Positions 39,018 to 47,840 of a DNA stretch of 47,840 nt are shown one piece after another. Every line of letters begins with the position of its first letter. Position 1 is the first letter of the stretch. The position numbers and the translations under genes were made by a program. Origin of the DNA: Anaerohalosphaeraceae bacterium (GTDB taxonomy: Bacteria > Planctomycetota > Phycisphaerae > Sedimentisphaerales > Anaerohalosphaeraceae); NCBI GenBank assembly GCA_050309605.1, contig JBNRMN010000023.1, positions 1 to 47,840 on the forward strand, read 5' to 3'. The notes beneath the pieces were generated by a model. That model was not told the origin of the DNA. It searched no databases and was given only the letters and a program-made list of their open reading frames with translations.

Positions 39018-40054
39018 ACGTTTTTCAGCCAAACCCGCTGCAAGATGGCTCTGTTCTGCTTGTCGGGACCGATTTGCCTCAGGTACCTGTCGGCTGTCCG
39101 GCCGAATCTCCCCGTCTTGTTCGGCGGGATTCTGTAGCCGAGGCCATCTCGGTTTTACGTCATGGACACTTTGATAAAGTCATTGTGGCCTTGGCCGCCC
39201 TTCAGAACCATTTCGAACCGTCGTTGTCCGGCCTTCGACAAGCCGCCCCGTCGGCACGTATTATTTTGCTGGCCCACATGCTCGAAGAACCGCTCCTGAT
39301 CGAACAAATCAATCACAATCGGATGTCTTCTTGGCGGTTGTTCGATGATTACCTGATCAGTCCCGTTCGGCCTGATGAGTTGACAAACACATTAACAAAA
39401 ACAAGGTATTCGGACAGCGGCAAGATAACAGAAACAGACAAGGATCGGCGCATCGAAGAGCTGGAAAAGCTGGTCATCCAGGACGATTTAACCGGCCTTA
39501 AGAACCGCCGCTATCTGCGTCAGTTCCTGCCGCAGATTCTTGCACTGGCTGAACGCGAACAGCTTCGCGTAACACTTTTATTGTTCGACATTGACGACTT
39601 CAAACACTACAACGACGCCTACGGCCACGCCGTCGGCGATAATGTGCTCCGGCAGGCCGGACGAATGATTCAGCGGTGCTGCCGCAGCCACGATGTCGTC
39701 GTGCGTCTGGGCGGCGATGAATTTGCCGTGGTATTCTGGGATTTGCCGAGTGAAAAACACAGCAAACAAAGCCTTCCGCAAAGCCGACGCGACCGCCGCA
39801 GCACAAAAATGAATCACCCGCACGAGCCGATTTTTATGGCCGAGCGATTCTGCAAGGAACTTCACCAGGCGGCATTTGAATATATCGGCCCCAAAGGCAA
39901 AGGCGCCTTGACCATCAGCGGCGGGCTGGCAACCTTTCCCGTTGATGCCAAAACCGTTGACGAACTGCTCGAAAAAGCGGATATGGCGATGCTTGAAGCC
40001 AAACGAAGCGGCAAAAACCGCCTCTATCTGGTCGGTCAGCCGACCACTGAATAA
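39014..40054 (+). CDS. Diguanylate cyclase with a degenerate receiver-like N-terminus
   Basis: DDLTGLKNRR, DIDDFKHYNDAYGH, I-site RSHD, GGDEF, AKRSGKN. Confidence 0.95.
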   Translation: MNVFQPNPLQDGSVLLVGTDLPQVPVGCPAESPRLVRRDSVAEAISVLRHGHFDKVIVALAALQNHFEPSLSGLRQAAPSARIILLAHMLEEPLLIEQINHNRMSSWRLFDDYLISPVRPDELTNTLTKTRYSDSGKITETDKDRRIEELEKLVIQDDLTGLKNRRYLRQFLPQILALAEREQLRVTLLLFDIDDFKHYNDAYGHAVGDNVLRQAGRMIQRCCRSHDVVVRLGGDEFAVVFWDLPSEKHSKQSLPQSRRDRRSTKMNHPHEPIFMAERFCKELHQAAFEYIGPKGKGALTISGGLATFPVDAKTVDELLEKADMAMLEAKRSGKNRLYLVGQPTTE

Positions 40055-40069
40055 CGGCCTTTCACCAAT

Positions 40070-40108
40070 GCCCCTGCCTGCCCTGCCAACGAAGGACAGG
40101 CAAGGGGC
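40070..40108. terminator. Hairpin between convergent genes
   Basis: GCCCCTGCCTG...CAGGCAAGGGGC. Confidence 0.55.
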
Positions 40109-40160
40109 CTTATAATGCATCAAACACCGAACGTTCAGACACGCAACCGGTACCCCGTTG

Positions 40161-41276
40161 CTACCAACAGCCGATATCATAGGGATTGGCGCATTCAAGC
40201 CAGGAAGACGCCATCAGCACAAAGTCATCAAGGTTCACCCGGCAATCACCGGTTACATCGCCTTCCAGGCCGCATTGATAAACGGAAAAGACCGCATCGC
40301 TGGTGTCGAAGACCAACGGGTCGGCGGCGTTTGAAATTCTGACAAGACAGTCATCGGAATTCAGCATAGGGACCTGCCAGGAATAAACGCCGGCATTGCC
40401 GGTATTGGGCGGATAAACCGGCATCCAGGTTTCCCCGTTATCATGCGAGAATTCCACTTTAACATTATTGACGGTTCCGGTATGGCTCCATTCGATATGT
40501 CGTAATGTGCCGCCTTTGATGGCTTCAGAGCCGTTGGGAGACTGCACGGTCAGTGTTGAAAACGGCGGATTCACTGTGCGCAATGCACCAAGATTCTGTA
40601 CACCCCACTGGTTGGGTGCACCAAAAGTGCTCAGTTCGCTGCCGTCATCATAATCGGGAGACAACGGGGTAATCGAGGCAGAGGGATCGGCTTCCAAACG
40701 AAAAACCTCGGTTTTTCCGATACCGCTTTGAGGGCTGACTCCCTCGCCGGCCGGTCCGAATATCACCGTTCCTTCGGCATTTCTGATACGCAACTGCCAA
40801 TTGCTGCTGTTAACCGGAAAATTGGAGGCTTCAATATAGAGACCGTCGGCATCGTTGTTGGCTTGTACATTGATCCACCAATCCCCTTCGGCCGGATCAT
40901 AACTGACATCGCTTGGAACATCTTCAGCAACGGTAATGATCGTTCCGCTTCGAAGGTCCGACCAGATACTGTGATCGGTCAGCACAAGGGTTTCATCCAA
41001 AACGCCGTCAGTGTAAATATCCAGCATCCAGTTTCGCATATCGAGATGATCCGAGATAACGACCAGCTCAAACCAATCGCCTCCGTTTCCCAGCACCCTG
41101 CCGAAATAAGTGTCTGCCGCCCTGCCGCCGGATTCATCCGCAAAAACGGTTCCGCCGCCCAGATATTCCTGTGCGTCCACCGCATTGTATTCATTGAGAA
41201 TCACGGATGCACCGAACACACTACACGCACAGCACAGGCATAGTGCCATCGCCGATTTACAGGCTTTCTTCATCAT
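40161..41276 (-). CDS. Secreted protein: lamin-tail-like domain, Ig-like domain and C-terminal dockerin-like motif
   Basis: Signal peptide; VILNEYNA...DWFELV; TVQSPNGSE...IEW...VEFSHDNG..W; GDVTGDCRVNLDDFVLMASSWL. Confidence 0.82.
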   Translation of the reverse strand: MMKKACKSAMALCLCCACSVFGASVILNEYNAVDAQEYLGGGTVFADESGGRAADTYFGRVLGNGGDWFELVVISDHLDMRNWMLDIYTDGVLDETLVLTDHSIWSDLRSGTIITVAEDVPSDVSYDPAEGDWWINVQANNDADGLYIEASNFPVNSSNWQLRIRNAEGTVIFGPAGEGVSPQSGIGKTEVFRLEADPSASITPLSPDYDDGSELSTFGAPNQWGVQNLGALRTVNPPFSTLTVQSPNGSEAIKGGTLRHIEWSHTGTVNNVKVEFSHDNGETWMPVYPPNTGNAGVYSWQVPMLNSDDCLVRISNAADPLVFDTSDAVFSVYQCGLEGDVTGDCRVNLDDFVLMASSWLECANPYDIGCW

Positions 41277-41327
41277 TTTTTTCCCTTTCCAGATCAATAT
41301 ACAAAAAAAGATACGGATTAAACGCCT

Positions 41328-42341
41328 TTATTTTCCGCGAAGCCAAAGAGAAGCAAGCAGAGCCACATCCGATACATCAAGCCGGCCATCGGCATTCAAA
41401 TCGGCAAATTTCCAAGACAGGCCGCTGCGCCAGCAGCCCGAAAAAACGGCATAATCGTGAAAATCCACTTTCCCATCATTGTTTAAGTCCGGCTGCGGAA
41501 AGACGACAAAAGGGGCATATCGAAAAACAGCGCCTCCTTCATTGCCGTAATCTTCACAAAGATACAGTTCGCTGCCTTTGATCGTTACGCCCTCTTGGTC
41601 GTTGCCGGGCAAACTCCATTGTCCAAGAAGCGATCCGTCGGTCGTCATCGCCCTGAGAAGATCTACGTTATCATAGATGGCATACAGCACATCCTGAGTC
41701 GGCACATAATGCATACCAGAGATATTTTTGATCCCCTGAATTGGATAGATTGAACCGATAAAGGTAACCGCGGTGCTGTCGGCGCTGGACAAAATCGGCA
41801 ATCGAAAAACAAAGATTTGGCCGGTCTCCTGCAATCCGGCGTAAAACAATCCGCCTTCCGGGTCAGCGTCATTCGGTACAAACGTCAGCGCTTCCAGGCC
41901 GGAATTTTTTGGCCCGTCCATCCATCCGGACAAATCAAAAATGCGACTGACCGTCCCCGTGGAAAGATTGAACTCATAAATGCTGTCGGGATGTTCTATG
42001 CCCAAATAGATAAAATCGCTTTTCGGATTGGCGACAGTGACCGCCTCAATGTCCGCATCTACCGGCCATATCTCAAGATCGTCGCCCCTGTCGGTCATCG
42101 AAGCAACAAAACCGCTGTCGCTGACCAGAAATAACCTTTGCAATTCCGTATGCCACACAAGGCCGCTGGCTTCAAAATTCGACGGCAGTCGCTGCCCGAT
42201 GTTAACTGCAGGCAAGGCCTCAGGCGGAAACGGAACCGCTGACCCTACCGATAACGATCTGGCCAGAAAGACAATCCCTATCCATAACTTTAATTTCAAA
42301 GCTGTGACGATCACACCCCCCGAATACACGTTAATGTCCAA
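41328..42341 (-). CDS. Secreted SdiA-regulated/YjiK-like beta-propeller with a C-terminal dockerin-like pair
   Basis: EASGLVW, DIEAVT, GLEALTFVP, DQEGVT blades; DLNNDGKVDFHD and DLNADGRLDVSD; start uncertain. Confidence 0.8.
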   Translation of the reverse strand: MDINVYSGGVIVTALKLKLWIGIVFLARSLSVGSAVPFPPEALPAVNIGQRLPSNFEASGLVWHTELQRLFLVSDSGFVASMTDRGDDLEIWPVDADIEAVTVANPKSDFIYLGIEHPDSIYEFNLSTGTVSRIFDLSGWMDGPKNSGLEALTFVPNDADPEGGLFYAGLQETGQIFVFRLPILSSADSTAVTFIGSIYPIQGIKNISGMHYVPTQDVLYAIYDNVDLLRAMTTDGSLLGQWSLPGNDQEGVTIKGSELYLCEDYGNEGGAVFRYAPFVVFPQPDLNNDGKVDFHDYAVFSGCWRSGLSWKFADLNADGRLDVSDVALLASLWLRGK

Positions 42342-42583
42342 CGTAAAATCTTATCAAGGAATATTGTACCTTCAACCCTTTCAAAAGTCAACTAAAATCT
42401 GCCGCACCTTGATTTTGGACACAAAGAATACACATAATTAACTTAAAGAGTCGTTCACTGCTGGCTGATCACCCTTTTGTATATGGCGGGATTTGAATAG
42501 CGGTGCCTCTTGCATTTTGGCCGCGCGGCCGGTAGCATACAGGGTTTGATTTTAGTTTCTGTTATTTTCTATACCGAAAGCCC

Positions 42584-44431
42584 TTGAGCCAGAAAAAATA
42601 TGACATTATTGTTGTGGGCGGCGGGCATGCCGGCGCCGAAGCGGCTTGGGCGGCCAGCCGACTGGGGGCGCAGACGCTGCTGCTGACCATGCGTCGGGAC
42701 ACAATCGCCAAAATGAGCTGCAATCCGGCGATTGGCGGCCTGGCCAAGGGACAGATTGTGCGCGAAATTGACGCGATGGGCGGGCTGATGGGGTTGGCGA
42801 CCGATGCAGCGGGCATCCAGTTTCGTCTGCTCAATCGCTCCAAAGGACCGGCCGTGCAAAGCCCCCGCGCCCAGACTGACAAATATCAGTACGCAGCTTA
42901 CATTCGGCAGCAACTCGAATCGGCCGACAACCTGACCCTCGTCGAATCTACCGCCGCCGAGGTGCTGACTCAGAACGACGCCGTATGTGGGGTACGATGT
43001 GAGGACGGGACGGAATTTGCCGCGTCGGCGGTTATTCTGACAACAGGGACGTTTTTGCGGGGCGTCATGCATATGGGGCGCAAGCAGTGGCCCGGCGGTC
43101 GGCTGGGAGAACCGGCCGGCAATGCCCTGAGCGACTGTTTGCGCAGGCTCGGCCTGACGGTCAAACGCCTCAAAACCGGCACGCCGGTACGACTGGACGG
43201 CGCGACATTGGATTACGACAAAACGGATATTCAGCCGGGCGATGCCGATCCGCAGCCGTTTTCGTTTATGAACGACCGGATTGATCGTCCACAGGTCCCC
43301 TGTTGGATTACCTGGACCAACCCGGCCATTCACGAGTTGCTCCGGGCCAATCTGCATTTGGCCCCGATGTACACCGGACAGATTCAATCCGTCGGGCCGC
43401 GTTATTGTCCGAGCATTGAAACCAAAATTATGCGGTTTGCCGATAAGACGCGGCATCAGGTTTTTCTGGAACCGGAAGACCAACACGTTACGACCATCTA
43501 TTGCAACGGCATCAGTACGTCATACCCGAAAGAGATTCAGGAACAGATGCTTCGGTTGATGGAAGGAACACAGCGGGCCAAAATCGTTCATTACGCCTAT
43601 GCCATCGAGTATGACTATTGTCCGGCAACCCAGCTCAAGCCAAATCTTGAAACGCGACCCCTTGCCGGCTTGTTTCTGGCCGGGCAAATCAACGGGACAA
43701 GCGGCTATGAGGAAGCGGCCGGACAGGGGCTGCTTGCCGGCGTCAACGCCGTACACAAACTGGCCGGCAAAGAACCGCTCATTCTCGGCCGTGATCAGGC
43801 CTATCTGGGCGTTCTGGTGGATGATTTGTTGACACGGGAGATTGATGAGCCGTATCGGATGTTCACGTCGCGGGCAGAATACAGGCTCACGCTGCGAAGC
43901 GATAACGCCGATGCCCGTCTGACCCCTATCGGCAGACAAATCGGTCTGGTCGAGGAGTCGCGCTGGCAGCGGTTTTGCGCCAAACAACAAGCCATTGAAC
44001 AATTGGAATCCTATCTCAAACAGACCCGCATCGGCGGCAAGAGTCTGTGGGAATGGATCAAGCAACCCGACCATTCACTGGCCGAAGACCTGACCAATGA
44101 TGACAGGATCGCAGCAATGAGGCTGTCACGCGAAATCATTCAGGCCGCGGCCATTGCATGCAAATACGAAGGTTATCTGGCACGGCAGGACAAACAGATC
44201 GCCGCCTTTCGCAATCTGGAGCATATCAAACTGCCCGCCGATCTGGATTATCACCGCATCCCCCATTTGCGGTTTGAGGCGCGCGAAAAGCTGGCCGCAT
44301 TTCGCCCCTTTACGCTGGGGCAGGCCTCGCGGCTGGGCGGTATTACGCCGGCGGATATCACCATCATTCAAATCCATCTGAAGAAAACCAAAAGCCGTTT
44401 ATCCCATGAATCAACCACCCACGAAACATAA
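42584..44431 (+). CDS. mnmG: tRNA uridine-5-carboxymethylaminomethyl modification enzyme MnmG (GidA)
   Basis: VVGGGHAG, MSCNPAIGGLAKG, GPRYCPSIE, AGQINGTSGYEEAAGQG, YRMFTSRAEYRL. Confidence 0.98.
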   Translation: MSQKKYDIIVVGGGHAGAEAAWAASRLGAQTLLLTMRRDTIAKMSCNPAIGGLAKGQIVREIDAMGGLMGLATDAAGIQFRLLNRSKGPAVQSPRAQTDKYQYAAYIRQQLESADNLTLVESTAAEVLTQNDAVCGVRCEDGTEFAASAVILTTGTFLRGVMHMGRKQWPGGRLGEPAGNALSDCLRRLGLTVKRLKTGTPVRLDGATLDYDKTDIQPGDADPQPFSFMNDRIDRPQVPCWITWTNPAIHELLRANLHLAPMYTGQIQSVGPRYCPSIETKIMRFADKTRHQVFLEPEDQHVTTIYCNGISTSYPKEIQEQMLRLMEGTQRAKIVHYAYAIEYDYCPATQLKPNLETRPLAGLFLAGQINGTSGYEEAAGQGLLAGVNAVHKLAGKEPLILGRDQAYLGVLVDDLLTREIDEPYRMFTSRAEYRLTLRSDNADARLTPIGRQIGLVEESRWQRFCAKQQAIEQLESYLKQTRIGGKSLWEWIKQPDHSLAEDLTNDDRIAAMRLSREIIQAAAIACKYEGYLARQDKQIAAFRNLEHIKLPADLDYHRIPHLRFEAREKLAAFRPFTLGQASRLGGITPADITIIQIHLKKTKSRLSHESTTHET

Positions 44432-45605
44432 ACGCATCTTCATCAGCGCCTGCGAGCACAGCGCCGAACAGCACTGCGCCAACCTGATTCGGGCATGTAA
44501 CGACCATCTGGCCGCACGTCAACCGTGGCCCGACGGCTCGGAAACACATGCGAAACCAATGCTTGAATGGGTTGGTTTGGGCGGCGACAAGATGGCTGAG
44601 GCCGGCTGTCAACTGCTGGCCAATCCCGTCCAAAAAGCGGCGATGATTTACAATGTCTTAAAACAAGTGGGCTATTACCGAAAGCTCATTCGACAAGCGA
44701 CTGCTTACCTGGCCGAGCACGCCGTCGATTTGGTGGTCGTATGCGATTCGCCGGCGTTTAATTTTCATATTGCCAAAGCCGCCCGTCGGCGCGGTATTCC
44801 GGTGCTGTTCTACGTGGCCCCTCAGTTGTGGGCCTGGGCGCCGTGGCGGATCTATAAGCTGCGGAGGTGTTGTACCAGGCTGGCGTGTATTCTGCCGTTC
44901 GAGCAGGAGTGGTTCTGCACGCGCAGCGTGGATGCCGTGTATGTGTGCAATCCCCTGTTTGATGAATTGAATGAATCGGTCGAAAACAATGTCAAGACCT
45001 ATGCGGGTTACCAAAGCCATGCACCGCATATTGCGTTGATGCCCGGCTCTCGCGACGCGGAAATCCAGAGCCTCTGGCCGGCAATGCTTGAAATCGCCGC
45101 CCTGATCAGGCAACACCATCCGCAGGCGACTTTTACGGCCTGCGCCGCAGACAACGAGAAACAAACGGCAATGCAGACCGTCGCCCAAGACGGACCGGAC
45201 ATTGCCTATCGGATCGGACATGTCTATGAGACGGCCAAGGCATGTGATTTTACACTGGTCGCCAGCGGCAGCGCAACGCTGCAAGTGGCCGCGGCAGGAT
45301 GCCCTATGGTAATTCTGTATCAGAGCAATAAATGGCTCTGGCTTCTGATCGGACGCCGGCTGATTCGCACGCGTTATCTGTCGCTGGTCAATATTTTGGC
45401 GCGAAAAGAACTTGTCCCGGAGTATATGCCCTATTTCGACGCCGTCGATCCGATTGCGGAAAAAAGCTGCGGGCTGCTTGCCAACACCGCCAAGCTGACC
45501 CAAACCAGTCAGTCACTGACCGAGCTGGTCAAACCGCTGGCCGCAGGCAAGGCCCGCGACAAAACCGCCCGGATCGTCTTTGAGATGCTCACATTAAACC
45601 ATTGA
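44406..45605 (+). CDS. lpxB: Lipid-A-disaccharide synthase
   Basis: SACEHSAE, DSPAFN, YVAPQLWAW, ILPFE, MPGSRDAEI, ASGSATL, SLVNIL. Confidence 0.93.
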   Translation: MNQPPTKHKRIFISACEHSAEQHCANLIRACNDHLAARQPWPDGSETHAKPMLEWVGLGGDKMAEAGCQLLANPVQKAAMIYNVLKQVGYYRKLIRQATAYLAEHAVDLVVVCDSPAFNFHIAKAARRRGIPVLFYVAPQLWAWAPWRIYKLRRCCTRLACILPFEQEWFCTRSVDAVYVCNPLFDELNESVENNVKTYAGYQSHAPHIALMPGSRDAEIQSLWPAMLEIAALIRQHHPQATFTACAADNEKQTAMQTVAQDGPDIAYRIGHVYETAKACDFTLVASGSATLQVAAAGCPMVILYQSNKWLWLLIGRRLIRTRYLSLVNILARKELVPEYMPYFDAVDPIAEKSCGLLANTAKLTQTSQSLTELVKPLAAGKARDKTARIVFEMLTLNH

Positions 45606-45639
45606 CGAAAAAGGGCTACGCTGACGTTTGTCTCCGCGT

Positions 45640-46227
45640 TTACACCAGATCGCAGGCTTCGGCCGGCATCCAGTGGGCATCTTTGCCTTCCCATTTGACA
45701 TTACAGCCGATAGGATTGGTCGCCGGCACAGAAACAGGCTTTCCGGCCACATGCTCATCGAGCGCCCGTTCGAGATCGTTAACGGTCATCTTGCTTGTGT
45801 CGCGCGGATTGTCCACCCCCCGGCCGGTATAAATGAGTTTGCGTTCTTTATCGAACACAAAAAAATGCGGCGTTCGCAGTGCTCCGTAGGCCCGCGCGAC
45901 ATCCTGTGAACGGTCGTACAAGTATATCCACGGAAACTGCTTTTCATTCATCCGCTTGACCATATGATCAAAGGAATCCTCAGCGTAGGTGTTGGGGCTG
46001 TTGGAATTGATGCCGACAAAACGTACACCCTGCGGCTGAAATTTTAAGGCCGTTTGTCGCGTCACCTCGTCGGAACCAATCACATAGGGACAATGATTAC
46101 AGGTAAAAAAAACAACCAACACATCCGTATCGGAAAAATCTCCGAGCGAATAGGTCTTGCCGTCGGTCGCCGGAAGCTTAAAATCAGGTGCTTTTTGTCC
46201 TATTTCAAGTGTAAATGCCATCTTCAT
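45640..46227 (-). CDS. Thioredoxin-fold AhpC/TSA-like protein
   Basis: [32 protein letters not shown]. Confidence 0.93.
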   Translation of the reverse strand: MKMAFTLEIGQKAPDFKLPATDGKTYSLGDFSDTDVLVVFFTCNHCPYVIGSDEVTRQTALKFQPQGVRFVGINSNSPNTYAEDSFDHMVKRMNEKQFPWIYLYDRSQDVARAYGALRTPHFFVFDKERKLIYTGRGVDNPRDTSKMTVNDLERALDEHVAGKPVSVPATNPIGCNVKWEGKDAHWMPAEACDLV

Positions 46228-46340
46228 ATCTCCTGATTGAATTCCATTTACGTTTAGTACTACACTTGACTCGGTTTGTTCAGGCTAAAAAACGATCTTT
46301 GTTTACTTCCCAAGACAAATTATAGGTATCTGATCCCATC

Positions 46341-46471
46341 GGCCGTAATCCTGCCAATTCACCGGGAATGGCCGAAACAAGGGCTGGCACAGCAGTCCGT
46401 TTTCAATTGTTCATCCGCATTGATCACGGCCTCAATCCTGCGGTTTTCAATTTTTCTGTCTGCTCAATCAT
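46341..46471 (-). pseudogene. Degenerate IS110-family transposase fragment
   Basis: Across frameshifts: RIEAVINADEQLK...LVSAIPG/IGRITA, resembling the IS110 L.SIPGIG..TA motif. Confidence 0.55.
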
Positions 46472-46533
46472 CGTACACTTTTTTTGTCGCCCCGGCACCC
46501 ACAAGCTGCGCTTGAAGGGGCCACCCCGTCCGA

Positions 46534-47721
46534 TTATTTAGTCGATAATTCTGCAAAGAACATGGCCTCAGTTCCTGTTCTTGTGCGGCCGTATCCGATT
46601 ATCTGTTTTCGGGTATTGATGCTCACGGGTAGATACAAAGATTCAAAATATGAATCTGTCTCCAGTAATTTATTCAAAAAAAGCAGCCCCTCTTCTTTGT
46701 TCCAATAAAACATGCCATGATTGTCGGAAAAACCAACAACGCTGCCGCCATCAGTAATTGATCTGCATACGACAAGGTCGTCATCGTCACCAATAATGAT
46801 ACAATCAGAAGAATGACTGTTCCAAATTAATCCGGAAAAGAACTCCCCGAAACCCCCGATGTATCCGACGGCAATCCCTTCCTGGTTCATTGACCGAAGG
46901 CTTAAATCGGTAAATGGAAAGCGATATAGAGTATGGGATTGCCCGGAAGCATCTTGCGATCTCCATAATATAACAGTTGTCAATTCTTTGTCACGATATT
47001 GTATTAAGCTATTATTGTTGCGGCCTATCCACCGTACACTTCCCTCTTTATTGTATGTCTCCTCAAGCGATACCAGGGTAACGTCGTCGGCGTTAATCGA
47101 TTTGTAAAAAAACATTTGTTTTCCATCGATTTCAATTTGTCCGCCAATATCAGAGTTATCATTCATGGCTTGTATCCTGCCGGAGAAATCCAGAGAAACA
47201 TCAAGCCCCTCATAAGTAACCAAAAGGGGCCGCTCGTTTCCCTCTTTGTCAACATGATACCCTGCAATCATTAAATCGCTAACAGCAGCAATTGAAATTC
47301 GGCTTGCTTCAATCGTACTGAATCTCTTGAAAACATCCCCTTTGCTCCAGATACCAATGCTTTGAGTACGGCCTCCCAACTCGATAACCGCAACAACAAT
47401 TCCCCGATTGTTAATAAATGCGTCGCGAATTTTGGCGCCCCCCGTGTCAATCAGCACTTGTTTTCTATTAGTTGCAGAGTAGTAAAACAGTTGTTTACCG
47501 TCGTCTAAAGTACCCACCACTTCACCGGTATTATTCAGACCTAACAGGTAGCATTTACGTGTCCGTTCATCTACAATTGGCCAAACGACCAATTCATATT
47601 GATTGGGGTCCGCAACAGTGACGACCCGATCAGTATCGCCGCATAATCCCTTAACAGGCATATAGCTATATACTTTCGCCGGCGCATACAAGATCAAGCA
47701 ACTAAGAGAAATCAAATATTT
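46534..47721 (-). CDS. Extracellular HAF-like repeat beta-propeller protein, 5' end interrupted by IS66
   Basis: Repeats GLNNTGEVVG, INNRGIVV, AMNDNSDIGG, SMNQEGIAVG, SITDGGSVVG, SINTRKQIIG; frame reads KYLISLSCLIL directly from the IS end; AT-rich. Confidence 0.7.
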   Translation of the reverse strand, partial: KYLISLSCLILYAPAKVYSYMPVKGLCGDTDRVVTVADPNQYELVVWPIVDERTRKCYLLGLNNTGEVVGTLDDGKQLFYYSATNRKQVLIDTGGAKIRDAFINNRGIVVAVIELGGRTQSIGIWSKGDVFKRFSTIEASRISIAAVSDLMIAGYHVDKEGNERPLLVTYEGLDVSLDFSGRIQAMNDNSDIGGQIEIDGKQMFFYKSINADDVTLVSLEETYNKEGSVRWIGRNNNSLIQYRDKELTTVILWRSQDASGQSHTLYRFPFTDLSLRSMNQEGIAVGYIGGFGEFFSGLIWNSHSSDCIIIGDDDDLVVCRSITDGGSVVGFSDNHGMFYWNKEEGLLFLNKLLETDSYFESLYLPVSINTRKQIIGYGRTRTGTEAMFFAELSTK

Positions 47722-47840
47722 GTAAGATTTTAGCCATTTGAAGCAGTGAACTCTTTCAATGCCGGCAGCTGGCCGGTTTTGAGATAGATTTTCAGCGCCT
47801 CTTTTACTGTATTCACGGGGTTTAATCCGCGTTGTTTGAG
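47722..47840 (-). mobile_element. Right end of an IS66-family element; transposase C-terminus at 47730-47840
   Basis: LKQRGLNPVNTVKEALKIYLKTGQLP...SNG* followed by a terminus reading GTAA on the plus strand at 47722. Confidence 0.7.

Overview
Bacterial chromosomal window, probably Planctomycetota (Phycisphaerae/Sedimentisphaerales-like). This is inferred from the dockerin-like secreted proteins, exosortase/EpsI, lpxB and a cytoplasmic Hanks kinase. Left to right: (1) the AT-rich end of an element integrated at tRNA-Asn, with a ParB-HTH-DNA methyltransferase fusion, an excisionase-like HTH and arm-type repeats. (2) A Ser/Thr kinase plus metallophosphoesterase pair. (3) An approx. 13 kb accessory region between the convergent 3' ends of tRNA-Ala and tRNA-Ser. 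It holds a sulfatase remnant, an uncharacterised biosynthetic-looking cluster (frameshifted LeuB-like dehydrogenase, isochorismatase-ALDH fusion, PaaK-like ligase, ATP-grasp, GT4, radical SAM) and two dockerin proteins sharing an unnamed domain. (4) thiC under a TPP riboswitch whose short L5 loop is replaced by a 37-nt hairpin insertion. (5) An 1810-aa GH13 plus GT5 (glycogen synthase-like) fusion. (6) A Wza-exosortase-EpsI-giant TPR-Wzc-epimerase locus followed by a diguanylate cyclase. (7) Two more dockerin proteins, mnmG, lpxB, a thioredoxin-fold protein, an IS110 remnant, and an IS66 end that cuts off the start of a repeat-protein gene. The most notable items are the GH13-GT5 fusion, the TPP riboswitch variant and the island-borne enzyme cluster. 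All calls are by-eye motif recognition; no searches were run.
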